DNA of 64,000 bases, from NCBI GenBank assembly GCA_963832745.1, contig CAWHVC010000005.1:352001-416000 (forward strand), written 5' to 3'. The notes beneath the pieces are model-generated. The model saw nothing but the letters and a program-made list of their open reading frames with translations, was not told where the DNA came from and ran no database searches. The stretch comes from Candidatus Bathyarchaeota archaeon. Its GTDB lineage: Archaea > Thermoproteota > Bathyarchaeia > Bathyarchaeales > Bathycorpusculaceae. Of this stretch, positions 48,320 to 57,894 are shown piece after piece; the stretch's first letter is position 1, and each line of letters opens with the position of its first letter. The position numbers and the translations under genes were made by a program.

Positions 48320-48799
48320 GTGAATGCACAATTACATCCTTATGTAGTTTTTCTTCCAGCAGAAAAAAAAGACAAAATCCTATCTGCCATCTTCGGCTCA
48401 AAAGGCGGCGTAGACATCCTACGATACAGCCTAAAACAAGGCATAGACAAAAGCCTCTACCAAAAAGACCTCGTAGCAAAACTAAACTACTCCAACAAAA
48501 CCGTTATTGAAAACCTCAAAGCCCTCACAGCCCTAGGCGTTCTTGACGAAAAAATGGAAAAAAGCGAGAAAGACGGCAGAATCACATGGATAAAAAGCTA
48601 CCAACTAACAACCTTGGGCAGATGGTTCGCCCTGTTACTTGCAGAAGAGCAAGAAATCACCGCTGAAGAAAAAACCGAAATCCTCCAAAGCCTATTCCGC
48701 ACCTACGTAAAACAGACAAAACGGCTTGCGGAAGAAATCGGCATCGACAAGAAAAAACTTGAAGAAACATTCAAAGAAGAAATGACAAGCACACAATAA
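48320..48799 (+). CDS. winged-helix domain protein
   Basis: YQKDLV..YSNKTVIENLKAL..YQLTTLG. Confidence 0.75.
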   Translation: MNAQLHPYVVFLPAEKKDKILSAIFGSKGGVDILRYSLKQGIDKSLYQKDLVAKLNYSNKTVIENLKALTALGVLDEKMEKSEKDGRITWIKSYQLTTLGRWFALLLAEEQEITAEEKTEILQSLFRTYVKQTKRLAEEIGIDKKKLEETFKEEMTSTQ

Positions 48800-48873
48800 A
48801 CTGTTTTTTTTAACCCCGTTGTTTTCGGGTTAGTTTAATTAAATGCGTCCCACATATTTTGGCTTGAAGTAAC

Positions 48874-49767
48874 ATGAGTGTTCTTCCCGTGAGGGTTGGA
48901 ATACCCATTGCCAAAACAAGGCTAATTGGAGCAGCAGTAACCGCGTTAGGATTTGGAATCCTGCTGTATTTGGCAGCCATAGGTCCGTACGGATTCACAG
49001 TTACAAGTGGACTTTACCTGTTCTGGGGCATCACAGTGGGAAGCGTTACAGGCTTATATGAAGCTAAACTGGTTTTATCCCAGATAAACCAGAGAACGTT
49101 CATGTGGCTATGGAGAATATCAGTAGTCACAGCTGTTTTGGTTTTGGCGCCAATGGTGCTTGCGCTACTATTTTTGGGTGAATCTGAAGGAGCAGGCTTT
49201 ATGGTGTACGCCGTCTTGCCTGCGATTCCAGCCTTTTTAGGTGCAAGCGGATACCGCTACAACAAGTTTGAGCAAGAAAATGGGGTTCAAATCTTTTCGG
49301 CTCCGTGGGGATTCGAGTTTTGGACAGAACCCGTGGTGGATAGAAACGAAAAATTCTACCTTTTCATCCGAGACATACAAGTCAAAGACACATCCACAAT
49401 GTGGCAACAAATCGGCTACGCCAAAATCTACCAGCGCGAACTAAAAAAATGCCAAAACCTCTCAGCAGAAACAAAAGAGAGCCTTATGGGCATTTTGGGA
49501 ATGTTTAACAGGTACAGGATTTGGTGCTTAACATGCCTTGCAGTGATTACTATTGTTATCCCGTTGATTTTTGCGTTCACCTTTACAAAAGGCTTTGGCA
49601 CACTGAATCTTCCGTTAAACGCCATCACCAATATCACAATACCAATCGCCGGGGCACTTTTCATATCGATTTTTGTGGCGACTTTTAGCCTTATGCACTT
49701 ATTTAAAAAGAGAACAGCCACAATGCTCGCGCAAATTAACACAGACGAACTCTACAAAGCACAATAA
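48874..49767 (+). CDS. hypothetical multi-pass membrane protein
   Basis: 297-aa ORF with about 6 hydrophobic segments. Confidence 0.7.
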   Translation: MSVLPVRVGIPIAKTRLIGAAVTALGFGILLYLAAIGPYGFTVTSGLYLFWGITVGSVTGLYEAKLVLSQINQRTFMWLWRISVVTAVLVLAPMVLALLFLGESEGAGFMVYAVLPAIPAFLGASGYRYNKFEQENGVQIFSAPWGFEFWTEPVVDRNEKFYLFIRDIQVKDTSTMWQQIGYAKIYQRELKKCQNLSAETKESLMGILGMFNRYRIWCLTCLAVITIVIPLIFAFTFTKGFGTLNLPLNAITNITIPIAGALFISIFVATFSLMHLFKKRTATMLAQINTDELYKAQ

Positions 49768-49790
49768 CCAAGCAACTCACCTATTGCCGC

Positions 49791-50612
49791 CTATTTTGAA
49801 GATCTACGGTGTTTGCGTGTAAAAAAGAGGAGCAAACCTCCAGCGGCACAGACAAGTACAGTGGCAGTTATCGCTGTTACACAGGTTTCTGGGTCGATAT
49901 TTGTTACTGCCTCGTTTTTTGTTTCAAAAATTACAGTTTGATTTTTTACAGCGTTACCGTCAGTGTTGTTGGCATAGATTGTTAAAGTGTGTAAACCATT
50001 GGGCAGTTCAGGTAAAGTCAAGTTTCCATTCACTGTCATGTTTGCTTGGTTATCTATACTGTAACCAACCCAGTTGGCGTGGTTAGTCAAACTGTAGGAT
50101 AAAGGAACAGATTTTGTTGTGTAAGTTGTGTTTAAAGGCGAAATTAATAGGAGGTCAAAGGATTCAGCGGCAATCGAAGATTCAGAGGGTGTTGTTTCAT
50201 TAACGAAAACCCAGATGCCTCCTGGATTAAAAACGTTATATACAGTATCGCCTGAGGAATCTGTGATTTTAATAGAAATGCTGTAGGTTCCAGCTTTTGA
50301 GAAACTGAAGTTAAAAATGGGTTCGGTAGCGTCTTTTACGGGCACTTCGCTGCCAAGAGGCTGGGTTGGATAAGGTGTGCCTGGCTTCCAAGTTGGCCAT
50401 AGTTGGGTGTACCATTGGTAAGTGTAGGGTGATAAGCCCCCGCTTGGTGTAGCAGTAAACGTGACTGGCTCATTTACAAGGGTTGTTTGGTAGCCGGGCG
50501 AAACACTGACAGTTAAAGAGTTTGCCCTAACAGAACCAGCCCCAGAAAAGACCAAAGAAAGCAGCAAAATAAAAATCAAAACCCAACATTTTTGCATTTG
50601 ACCACTAACCAA
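49791..50612 (-). CDS. secreted PKD/Ig-like surface protein with C-terminal anchor
   Basis: Signal peptide, SGGLSPYTYQW, SPLNTTY..YSIDN..LPNGLHTLTIYAN, TM helix with basic tail. Confidence 0.82.
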   Translation of the reverse strand: MVSGQMQKCWVLIFILLLSLVFSGAGSVRANSLTVSVSPGYQTTLVNEPVTFTATPSGGLSPYTYQWYTQLWPTWKPGTPYPTQPLGSEVPVKDATEPIFNFSFSKAGTYSISIKITDSSGDTVYNVFNPGGIWVFVNETTPSESSIAAESFDLLLISPLNTTYTTKSVPLSYSLTNHANWVGYSIDNQANMTVNGNLTLPELPNGLHTLTIYANNTDGNAVKNQTVIFETKNEAVTNIDPETCVTAITATVLVCAAGGLLLFFTRKHRRSSK

Positions 50613-50723
50613 AAGCTAAATAGTTCAAATATTTAATTTTTTTTCAAAAAAGCTAATTCAGTTAATAAAAACTAAATTTACCAGATTTTGGAAAAAATTA
50701 GTTAACACCTTTTTTGGCTTTAG

Positions 50724-50758
50724 TTGACTTATATTGACTCCAGTTGACTTTATTTGAC
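50724..50758. repeat. four TTGAC pentamers at exact 10-bp spacing
   Basis: TTGAC starts at 50724, 50734, 50744 and 50754. Confidence 0.85.
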
Positions 50759-50878
50759 GTGGTCTGCTACCGTTATAAACGCTAATTTAAAAAAGCAGCC
50801 CAAAACAAACGCTAAAAAAACCAGCGGAAAAACATAAAAGAGCAAAAATCCGAAGCCCTCTGGAGACAAACATTTTGG

Positions 50879-51160
50879 TTACGCTAAGATGGCTAGTTTT
50901 TGTAGAATTATTATTATTGAGAATATGAAGGTTGCATAGGTGCCTGTGGTTAACCATTCGATGCCTTTCTTGTATGAAAATGTTAGGATGGCAAATGCTA
51001 CGGTGTATTCGATTATGCCGGCGTAGTCGATGGGGTAAAGGATGCAGTTGAATAGGGCTGGCAGGTAATGGTTGGCGGTGTAATCCATTGTGGTGTCAAA
51101 GAGGAAAAAGCAGCCGATAACAACGGCGATTAGTAGTAAACGTTTAGCGCCTTTAGCCAC
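50879..51160 (-). CDS. small hypothetical membrane protein
   Basis: Three hydrophobic segments; GGAGAGGGGG upstream of GTG. Confidence 0.6.
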   Translation of the reverse strand: MAKGAKRLLLIAVVIGCFFLFDTTMDYTANHYLPALFNCILYPIDYAGIIEYTVAFAILTFSYKKGIEWLTTGTYATFIFSIIIILQKLAILA

Positions 51161-51348
51161 ATGTTCCCCCTCTCCACGCCGCTAATGTTGCATCATATTT
51201 AATGCTACCTTAAAAAAACGCTGCCAAAAAATTAGCAGAAGCAGACCAGTTTCACAAACGGCACCAGCAAAAGCCAACCCTGAACTGAACAGGTTACAGA
51301 AACAGCAAACAACAATTTTTCAATGACAACGCAAGCGAGCAATGACAG

Positions 51349-52724
51349 CTACTCCACGCATAGAACGGCACTCCTAGAAAAGTTTTGACTATGTTTATGC
51401 TTCTTATAGACAAATAAGCCTAAAACAGCAAGTCCAACGGATACTCCAAAAAAGCCTAAAACAAAGCTGATTGAAAAAGCCTCTGGTGCTTCAACCTTAA
51501 AGTTGATTGTTTCAGAAAAGTCGTTTCCAAACTCGTCTTTTGCGTTTATTATTAACGTGTGGTTTCCATTGGTTAATCCTGTTAGCGTTATGTTTCCTGT
51601 GATGGTAACATTTTCTTTTCCGTCTAGACTATAACTTATCCGTGATGCTAACTTATCAGCGGCAAACGTTAAAGGAACATTGCATTCATTGTAAGTTTTA
51701 TTTTGAGGAGAAACAACAGGACAAACATTGACGTATCCAACGGGAATGTATTGTTCAGTTACTGCGCTAGCGTGCATGTCAACAAAGTAGCCCCATGAAC
51801 CAGAACGACCGCCCACAACAAAAAAAGTATCAGCTACAACCGTGACACCAGTACAATAACGAATTGTAGGCATAGAAGCGCCAGTAGCCCAACTGTCAAT
51901 GTTGGGGTCATAAATGTTTGTCACGTTATCCATAAAGAAGTAAATCCGCGAGGGCGCCATAACTCCTGATGTAACGCCTCCAGCACCATACAAGTCAAAG
52001 GATGAAGGACGAGAGCTCACTGTACTCCAACTATCAGTTACAGTATCATAGACTTGGATGTCACTTTGCATCGAAGAATTTTGTAGTCCACCTTCAAAGA
52101 ATATTTTGTTTCCAATAACGGCAGAAGTAAAACCGGTGACTTGGTATGGTGGAGGAGTTTTTGAAGCCCAAGAGTCAGTTTCCGGGTCATAAACCTCAAA
52201 CGTATCGGTGCTGAGTAATGGTAAAACGTAGATTTTACTGTTCACAACATTTGCAGTCAGTAAAGATTGGGCGGAAGGTAAAGAAGACATTAGTCTCCCA
52301 ACTGTTGGTAGCAGGGTCATAAACTTCATTCACGTTAGTGTCAGAATAATCCTTTGTCCAACCGCCAATGCAATAAATTTTGCCTTCATAAACGGCTACG
52401 CCTAAGCCTGCTCTAGGTGTCGGCATTGATTCTTTCAATGTCCACGTGTCATCAATTGGATTGTACTCCTCGTTGGTGCCCACAACGTGTACTGGTTTTT
52501 CCTGTTGCGGTACCAGCGTTACCCATATAACCACCGCTGTCGCCTCCGATAGCGTATATTTTTTCGTTAACCACTGCAACACTCAAGTAAGCTCTTGCCT
52601 GGTGCATGGATGCTTTAGAGACCCAAGTGTTTTCAGCTAAATTGTCTGAGAAGACTGGTTTTACAAAAAGAAACGAGGCAAACAGAACAAATAAAACAAG
52701 CAAAAAAGCAGTTAGTTTACTCAT
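51349..52724 (-). pseudogene. secreted Kelch-repeat protein with Ig-like domain and anchor, split by two frameshifts (about 52498 and 52291)
   Basis: Kelch repeats (KIYAIGG, YNPIDDTW..MPTPR, KIYCIGG, YDPETDSW) spread over three consecutive ORFs in different frames. Confidence 0.85.
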
Positions 52725-53164
52725 GCTTATCACAAATAGCGGTAAAACATTTTTTGTTTTAAACTTTTTTGTCAAGAAACAAGAAACATATACTAAAAAG
52801 GCAAATCTTAGTCAACAAATCTTTAGTTCAAGCTTCACTACTCACCGACCACCATAAAATGCCATCAACCTCAAACGTCAGGCAGGTTCTCTAAATATTG
52901 TTCCCGTTGCCATAAACAGCTTGGCAAGGTACATAGCATAACAGGTAACAAAAAAAGAATTGCTAAAAATACACCTAACCCGAATAACCAATAAAGATAA
53001 CACACTCTAAAACTGCTTGCAAACCCAGCCACAACCAACCAGCAACCCACCACACAAACAAAACACAAAAAACAACCAGCCCCACAACCCGTTAGTTGTT
53101 GTTGTGCTAAGAAACACAGCGGCAACAACATCTAAACAAAAAACAAAAAATAAAAACCAAACTT

Positions 53165-53294
53165 GGAAGCGTTCCCGGGGTTGTCCCATTGTTGGGGTTT
53201 GTGGGGCTTGGAGATAGTTTGAGGGGGGAGAAGGGAGAGCGTGCAAAAATAATATTGTTCTCCAAACCTTTCCACCAACCCGGGGGTTGCTTCC
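53165..53294 (+). ncRNA. candidate ~130-nt GC-rich stem-loop element
   Basis: GGAAGC/GCTTCC, TTCCCGGG/CCCGGGGG, TTG/CAA and TTGGAGA/TCTCCAA arms. Confidence 0.45.
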
Positions 53295-53337
53295 TGTCTT
53301 GCCTTTTGCCTTGTTTTTTAGTTTGCCTCCTTTTTGG

Positions 53338-54519
53338 TCAGAGGGCTTTGAAAGCCTCAAACCACCTATTGTACTGCGAGAGCATGTCTAAGCTGACGCT
53401 TGGTTTACGTTCTTCAAGGATTTGTCTGAAATCCGCCATTGTTAAGGGCCGAGGTTTTGCTTCCTTGTCAGTTGCTTTACCTGACTCAAAGAACTCGCCG
53501 ATTAAGCTGAGCTGTGCTGATTGGCAAACGTCACGGATATCGCTTCCAGAGAAGCCTTCTGCAAGACGCGCCAGTTCAGGCAAGTCTACGTCGGCGCCGA
53601 TTGTAAGGTTGCTTGAGTAATGCTTCATCATGTTAAACCGTGTTGAATTATCCGGCAACGGTACCAAGATACGCTTCTGGAAACGTCTGATGAAAGCCCA
53701 ATCGAGGTCCCAAGGCTTGTTGGTGGCGCCGATTACGTAGACGTGGAGGTTTTTGCCTTTGTCAGTAATTCCATCCATTTCTTTAAGAAACTGGTTTTTA
53801 ACGCGAATTTCACCGCCAACCTCGTTTGAATGAGTACCCATGAGAGAATCTAATTCGTCAACAAACACGATTGCCGCTTTACCTTCAGTAGCGACTTTAC
53901 GTGCACAACCAAACAGTTTAGCAACATTCTGCTCAGCTTCACCAAGCCATTTAGACATGATTGAGGCGGCATCGATGCTGTAGAAGTTGGCGTCAATTTC
54001 TGTTGCAACCGCAGCTGCCAGCAATGTTTTACCGCAACCTGGGGGACCAAAGAGCAGAATGCCTCGAGGCCAACCAAGCGGGAACAAGTCAGGCCGCTGC
54101 ACGGGGTAAACTATAGCTTCTTTAACAGCCTTCTTAGCGATATCTAAACCTACGACTTCAGCCCAGCTAACCATCGGTCGCTCAGTAACAATGATTTCTT
54201 CATTGTTTGTTTTTCCTGTTCCATCATTCTCCATTGTTGCCGCTCCTCCTCCTGCAGCGTCATTGTTTGCTTCAGCACGCATTTCAGATGAAGAAACTAC
54301 TCCTTGCAATGCTTTGATACGTTCCTGATACGCGATTGCGCGTTGAACGTAAACCTTGTTTAAACCGTATTCTGGGTATAATTGTACAAGTTGCAACAGG
54401 CTTTCTATTGCTTTTTGGTAAAGGGTAATAGCTCTTCCTTTTTGCCCTTGTTTATCCATACGAACAGCATCCAGCGCGTAAGCTGTTGCTGCTTTTTCAA
54501 GTTCATGTGAAGCACTCAT
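53338..54519 (-). CDS. cdvC: Vps4-like AAA+ ATPase with MIT domain
   Basis: N-terminal MIT (AVRMDKQG..AITLYQKAIE), GPPGCGKT, SKWLGEAE, FVDELD, ATNKPWDLD..RRFQKRI. Confidence 0.96.
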   Translation of the reverse strand: MSASHELEKAATAYALDAVRMDKQGQKGRAITLYQKAIESLLQLVQLYPEYGLNKVYVQRAIAYQERIKALQGVVSSSEMRAEANNDAAGGGAATMENDGTGKTNNEEIIVTERPMVSWAEVVGLDIAKKAVKEAIVYPVQRPDLFPLGWPRGILLFGPPGCGKTLLAAAVATEIDANFYSIDAASIMSKWLGEAEQNVAKLFGCARKVATEGKAAIVFVDELDSLMGTHSNEVGGEIRVKNQFLKEMDGITDKGKNLHVYVIGATNKPWDLDWAFIRRFQKRILVPLPDNSTRFNMMKHYSSNLTIGADVDLPELARLAEGFSGSDIRDVCQSAQLSLIGEFFESGKATDKEAKPRPLTMADFRQILEERKPSVSLDMLSQYNRWFEAFKAL

Positions 54520-54538
54520 TTGTCTTGTTCTTCTCCCC

Positions 54539-55477
54539 TTATTCTGGCGATTTTAATTCTAATTTTATTTTACCCTGAGTCCCAAGATTTTCAAGGGCAC
54601 GTTCAATTTCCCGGTTAGACGTTTTAAGCTCACTTGAACAACGTGACAGATCGATTTCTCCGTTGCATTTACGCACGTATTCAAGAAGCACTTCTTCAAG
54701 TGTCTGCTGCTTGGAAACTGGCTGCTTAACTTCCATAGTGATTTCTTTAACTTCAGACTTTTTATACGAAATCAGAGTCTTTGAAACATCAAACCCTGAC
54801 TCCTTAACCTCTGTCTTGCCAAAAATTTCAGAGGTAGTTGCCGACAAAGCAACAAGCTCCTTAATTGGAGTCTTCGGAGTTTTAACCGTCTTAACAGTAG
54901 AAGTTACTGGCGGTTCAGGCAAGTCTTGAGCAATCTTTCGCTCGATGAAACTAGAGACTTCTTTAAGAATTTCTTCGCCGCCTTCAGTCTTTTGACCAAC
55001 TGGAATCATGGTCTCATCATTCCGTAATTTTGTGGCGTGAAGAGTCTCCTGAATTGTATCGTTAACAGTGTTTAATTCAGAACTAACGTCTGGTAATACT
55101 TGGAATAAATCTGATGAAACGTTTTGAAGCAACTTTAAAGCTGGCTTCAAATCAACCACTATATCACTTAATTCACGAATAGTTTCAAGCCGAAGAATAA
55201 CACGTTCTATAGCTAACTGCACGCTATAAAGGAACTTTACCAAGCGGCGCACTTCGGCAAGTTCAGTGGCGCATATCGCGGCTTTTTCTTTATTATTCTT
55301 TTTTAATGCACCCATACAGGTTTCAAAAAGGATGCGGTCACGTTCTTTTAAGCGGTAACTGGCCTGATCCAGTTTGCTTTGTTGAATTCGAAGAGTAGAA
55401 ATAGATTTTGTAGCGACATCACGGATGGGAGGAGGATTTTTGTTTGTTCCAAAGTCCATTTTTTCCTTTCCCTCCAT
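54539..55477 (-). CDS. cdvB: ESCRT-III CdvB with C-terminal winged helix
   Basis: Snf7 core (ELAEVRRL..AIERVILRLETI), DLPEPP, C-terminal LLEYVRKCNGEIDL..ERALENL wHTH. Confidence 0.9.
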   Translation of the reverse strand: MEGKEKMDFGTNKNPPPIRDVATKSISTLRIQQSKLDQASYRLKERDRILFETCMGALKKNNKEKAAICATELAEVRRLVKFLYSVQLAIERVILRLETIRELSDIVVDLKPALKLLQNVSSDLFQVLPDVSSELNTVNDTIQETLHATKLRNDETMIPVGQKTEGGEEILKEVSSFIERKIAQDLPEPPVTSTVKTVKTPKTPIKELVALSATTSEIFGKTEVKESGFDVSKTLISYKKSEVKEITMEVKQPVSKQQTLEEVLLEYVRKCNGEIDLSRCSSELKTSNREIERALENLGTQGKIKLELKSPE

Positions 55478-55504
55478 GTTTATGATGTCAATTCATGTTT
55501 TTGT

Positions 55505-56266
55505 TTAAAGTCCGGCTTTGCCGATTTCTTTCACGTAGACGACAACTGGTGGCTCTGGCAAATCAGCAGCGGGAGAGCTTACGTTAGTTGTTGTAGTTGT
55601 AATTGGCTTTTGTGTTGTTGTTACTTGTTCAGCGTAAATCTTGTTTGGTTTTGGCATCTGGGTTGATGGGTCACCGATTAGGATGCTTGAAACTTTGCTT
55701 TTTATGAGTTCGTAATCTGTTCTTTCTGTGGAAGCACGCTTTAAACTGTCTTGCAAAAGGCTAAATGCTGTCTGGTAGGTTGGTTCATCTACTTGACCGA
55801 TTTCGTGTTCAAGTTCAAGGTTAGCTATGGCATAGCTTAATGATTTTATTTCTTCCTCACACCGGGCTATTTCTACTGCTGACTCGTCAATTATTACTTG
55901 ACCGTCCTTTTTGAGTTGGTTCAAAACGCCTTCGAAGCTGCTGTGTAATTCCTGAAACAGTTCAGGAGCAATTTTGCGTTTATCATTTAGATCTTTTACT
56001 GCTTGGTCTTTTCTCCAAAGCAACGGGATTTGGTCACACAGCATGTTTGCTTGGGACTTAATTTTTGAGACAAAGGTTACTTCTGACCCATTGAATCTCA
56101 AGTTTTCCATGGGTTGTTTTGAGAATTGCCCGTCTGCAAACTCGACGAATACAGCATCAAATTTTCCATTTGGAGCTAATGCGAATGAGGCTACTTTACC
56201 GATAATTTTCCCATACTCGTTTTTGATGGGTTTACCAAGAGAAAGAAAAAGATTGGAGTTAGACAT
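55505..56266 (-). CDS. cdvA: cell division protein CdvA
   Basis: PRC-barrel-like start (GKPIKNEYGKIIGKV), coiled coil, C-terminal PVVVYV strand; lies between ESCRT-III genes. Confidence 0.88.
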   Translation of the reverse strand: MSNSNLFLSLGKPIKNEYGKIIGKVASFALAPNGKFDAVFVEFADGQFSKQPMENLRFNGSEVTFVSKIKSQANMLCDQIPLLWRKDQAVKDLNDKRKIAPELFQELHSSFEGVLNQLKKDGQVIIDESAVEIARCEEEIKSLSYAIANLELEHEIGQVDEPTYQTAFSLLQDSLKRASTERTDYELIKSKVSSILIGDPSTQMPKPNKIYAEQVTTTQKPITTTTTNVSSPAADLPEPPVVVYVKEIGKAGL

Positions 56267-56287
56267 TTTTGTTTAGCTCCTACCTTT

Positions 56288-56953
56288 TTAGTATCCTTCT
56301 GTGGTTCTTTCTGCTTGTGCAGGTGCTGTTGATGGCATTCCTGGCGGCAGATCTGGGAATTTGTCTTTAATCTTTTGTTCTGCAACGGTTGCGGCTTCTG
56401 TTAGAATCTTTGAGGCGTCTTCGTTAACTGAGTCAAAGTTGAGAGTCATTCCACTGCCTTGGCCTGCTTCAATCATGATTCCACTTAGCATGTTACCGAT
56501 TTCACCGAGTTCATTCTCAGCTTCTGGGAACACACTAACTAATCCACTTCGGACACTTCGCAGTACACCAACTGCTGGACCTAATGTGGAGACGACATCG
56601 CCTAATTCGGATACTGTTCTTAAACGTAATGTAATCTGTTCAAGCGCAAGTTTTGCGTTCATAATTAATTTTGACATTTTGCGTACTTCAGCGAGCTCGT
56701 TTGCAAAGACGTTTGCGCGTGCACTATCATGTTTTGTGTATGCATCAACGATTTTTGCGAATATTGCACGGTCTCTTTGTGCAAATCTTTCATTAGCTTG
56801 GTCAAGTTTTTGAACCTGGAGATCGATGCGGCGGGTTGCAAAATCCAACCTTGGTTTTAGTGGTCCTGGTGGTTTCACCGCGTCTTTTATTCTGTTTGTG
56901 AATGGCGCTTCCTCGCGTTTAGTTTCCCATTTCTTTGCGAATCTTTCTGACAA
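56288..56953 (-). CDS. ESCRT-III/Snf7 paralogue (CdvB1/2-like)
   Basis: ANELAEVRKM..ALEQITLRLRTVSELGD, EDASKILTEA..KFPDLP. Confidence 0.92.
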   Translation of the reverse strand: MSERFAKKWETKREEAPFTNRIKDAVKPPGPLKPRLDFATRRIDLQVQKLDQANERFAQRDRAIFAKIVDAYTKHDSARANVFANELAEVRKMSKLIMNAKLALEQITLRLRTVSELGDVVSTLGPAVGVLRSVRSGLVSVFPEAENELGEIGNMLSGIMIEAGQGSGMTLNFDSVNEDASKILTEAATVAEQKIKDKFPDLPPGMPSTAPAQAERTTEGY

Positions 56954-57026
56954 TTAATTTTACCTCCTAAATCACATTGAACTGCAGAAAACAGAGTTAT
57001 ACATTGTTAATATGACTACAATATGC

Positions 57027-57048
57027 ACGTATATACGTAGGTATATAC
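57027..57048. promoter_or_regulatory. palindromic element upstream of the cdv operon
   Basis: Perfect ACGTATATACGT (57027-57038) plus a second GTATATAC (57041-57048). Confidence 0.45.
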
Positions 57049-57182
57049 ATGCCATCAAAACGTCCATGAACCTTGACTTAATACGTTAAAGACCACATAC
57101 ATGCTTGCTAGCGTTTATACAGAAACATGTAAGTTACACTAAAAAGATGCAAAAACTATCCTAAAACAAACAGGTGAATTGT

Positions 57183-57407
57183 ATGAGCAGTAGAGTAAAA
57201 ATCTTCGGATTAATAGCCCTTTTAGGCTTCGTCGCAGGCATAATAGCACAAGTCGCTGCAACTTACTTTGTTCCATGGCTAGTCTCAGTTCTACCCCTAC
57301 TTGGTGGACTCACAAACTTTTTGGTTTCAGGTGTTGCAGGCGCAGTCTTAACAGTTGCAATCATAAGCGTTTGGGCTTACATGACCGGAAACAAAGACAG
57401 TTACTAA
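57183..57407 (+). CDS. small two-TM membrane protein divergent from the cdv operon
   Basis: AGGTGA upstream of ATG 57183; two glycine-rich hydrophobic helices. Confidence 0.75.
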   Translation: MSSRVKIFGLIALLGFVAGIIAQVAATYFVPWLVSVLPLLGGLTNFLVSGVAGAVLTVAIISVWAYMTGNKDSY

Positions 57408-57894
57408 ACTGTTTTTGTTCCGCCGGATTTTCTTTCAACCGTTTGTTTAAGACACTTTTTAAATTTAAAAGTAAAGTTTAATTTTTGATTTTGGACTCGG
57501 TAGCGGAAAAAGTATTCACAAGCCTACAGCATAATTTCCCCGCTTTCAGCTTCATCGTACCTCGATTTCCTCATCGTCCAACATGTAAGGAAATCGTCCA
57601 ACTTTTATTAATTGCGCTTCCTAAACAGTTTACGCCCTTCAACTTTGGCAACATATTCAAAGCTAACACTGTAAACTCTGCTGCTTCACTAACCGTTTAA
57701 CCGCTTTTACAGTCCTTGGATGACGCATTTTGCAATCTTTAATAGATTCAAAAGGTTTATTGAGCGCTTATAAGTTATAACGTAAAGACCACAGGCAAGC
57801 ATATTTAGGCAAATATTTAGTTAAATACTATATTAATCAAGCTAAAATTTTTAAATTACAAACTCATACTAGCTTTTTTGAGGGTTTTATAACG

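Noticed and set aside
50721-50760. CRISPR array or mini-array
   Set aside because: Repeats are 5-bp cores at 10-bp period with no spacers of CRISPR length, and no cas genes are present
52871-53360. ORFs 52871-53131, 53007-53360 and 53017-53217
   Set aside because: They arise from low-complexity A/C-rich sequence and have biased composition without domain features
57485-57700. 71-aa plus-strand ORF (and similarly 58588-58785)
   Set aside because: No SD or motif; lies in AT-rich intergenic DNA
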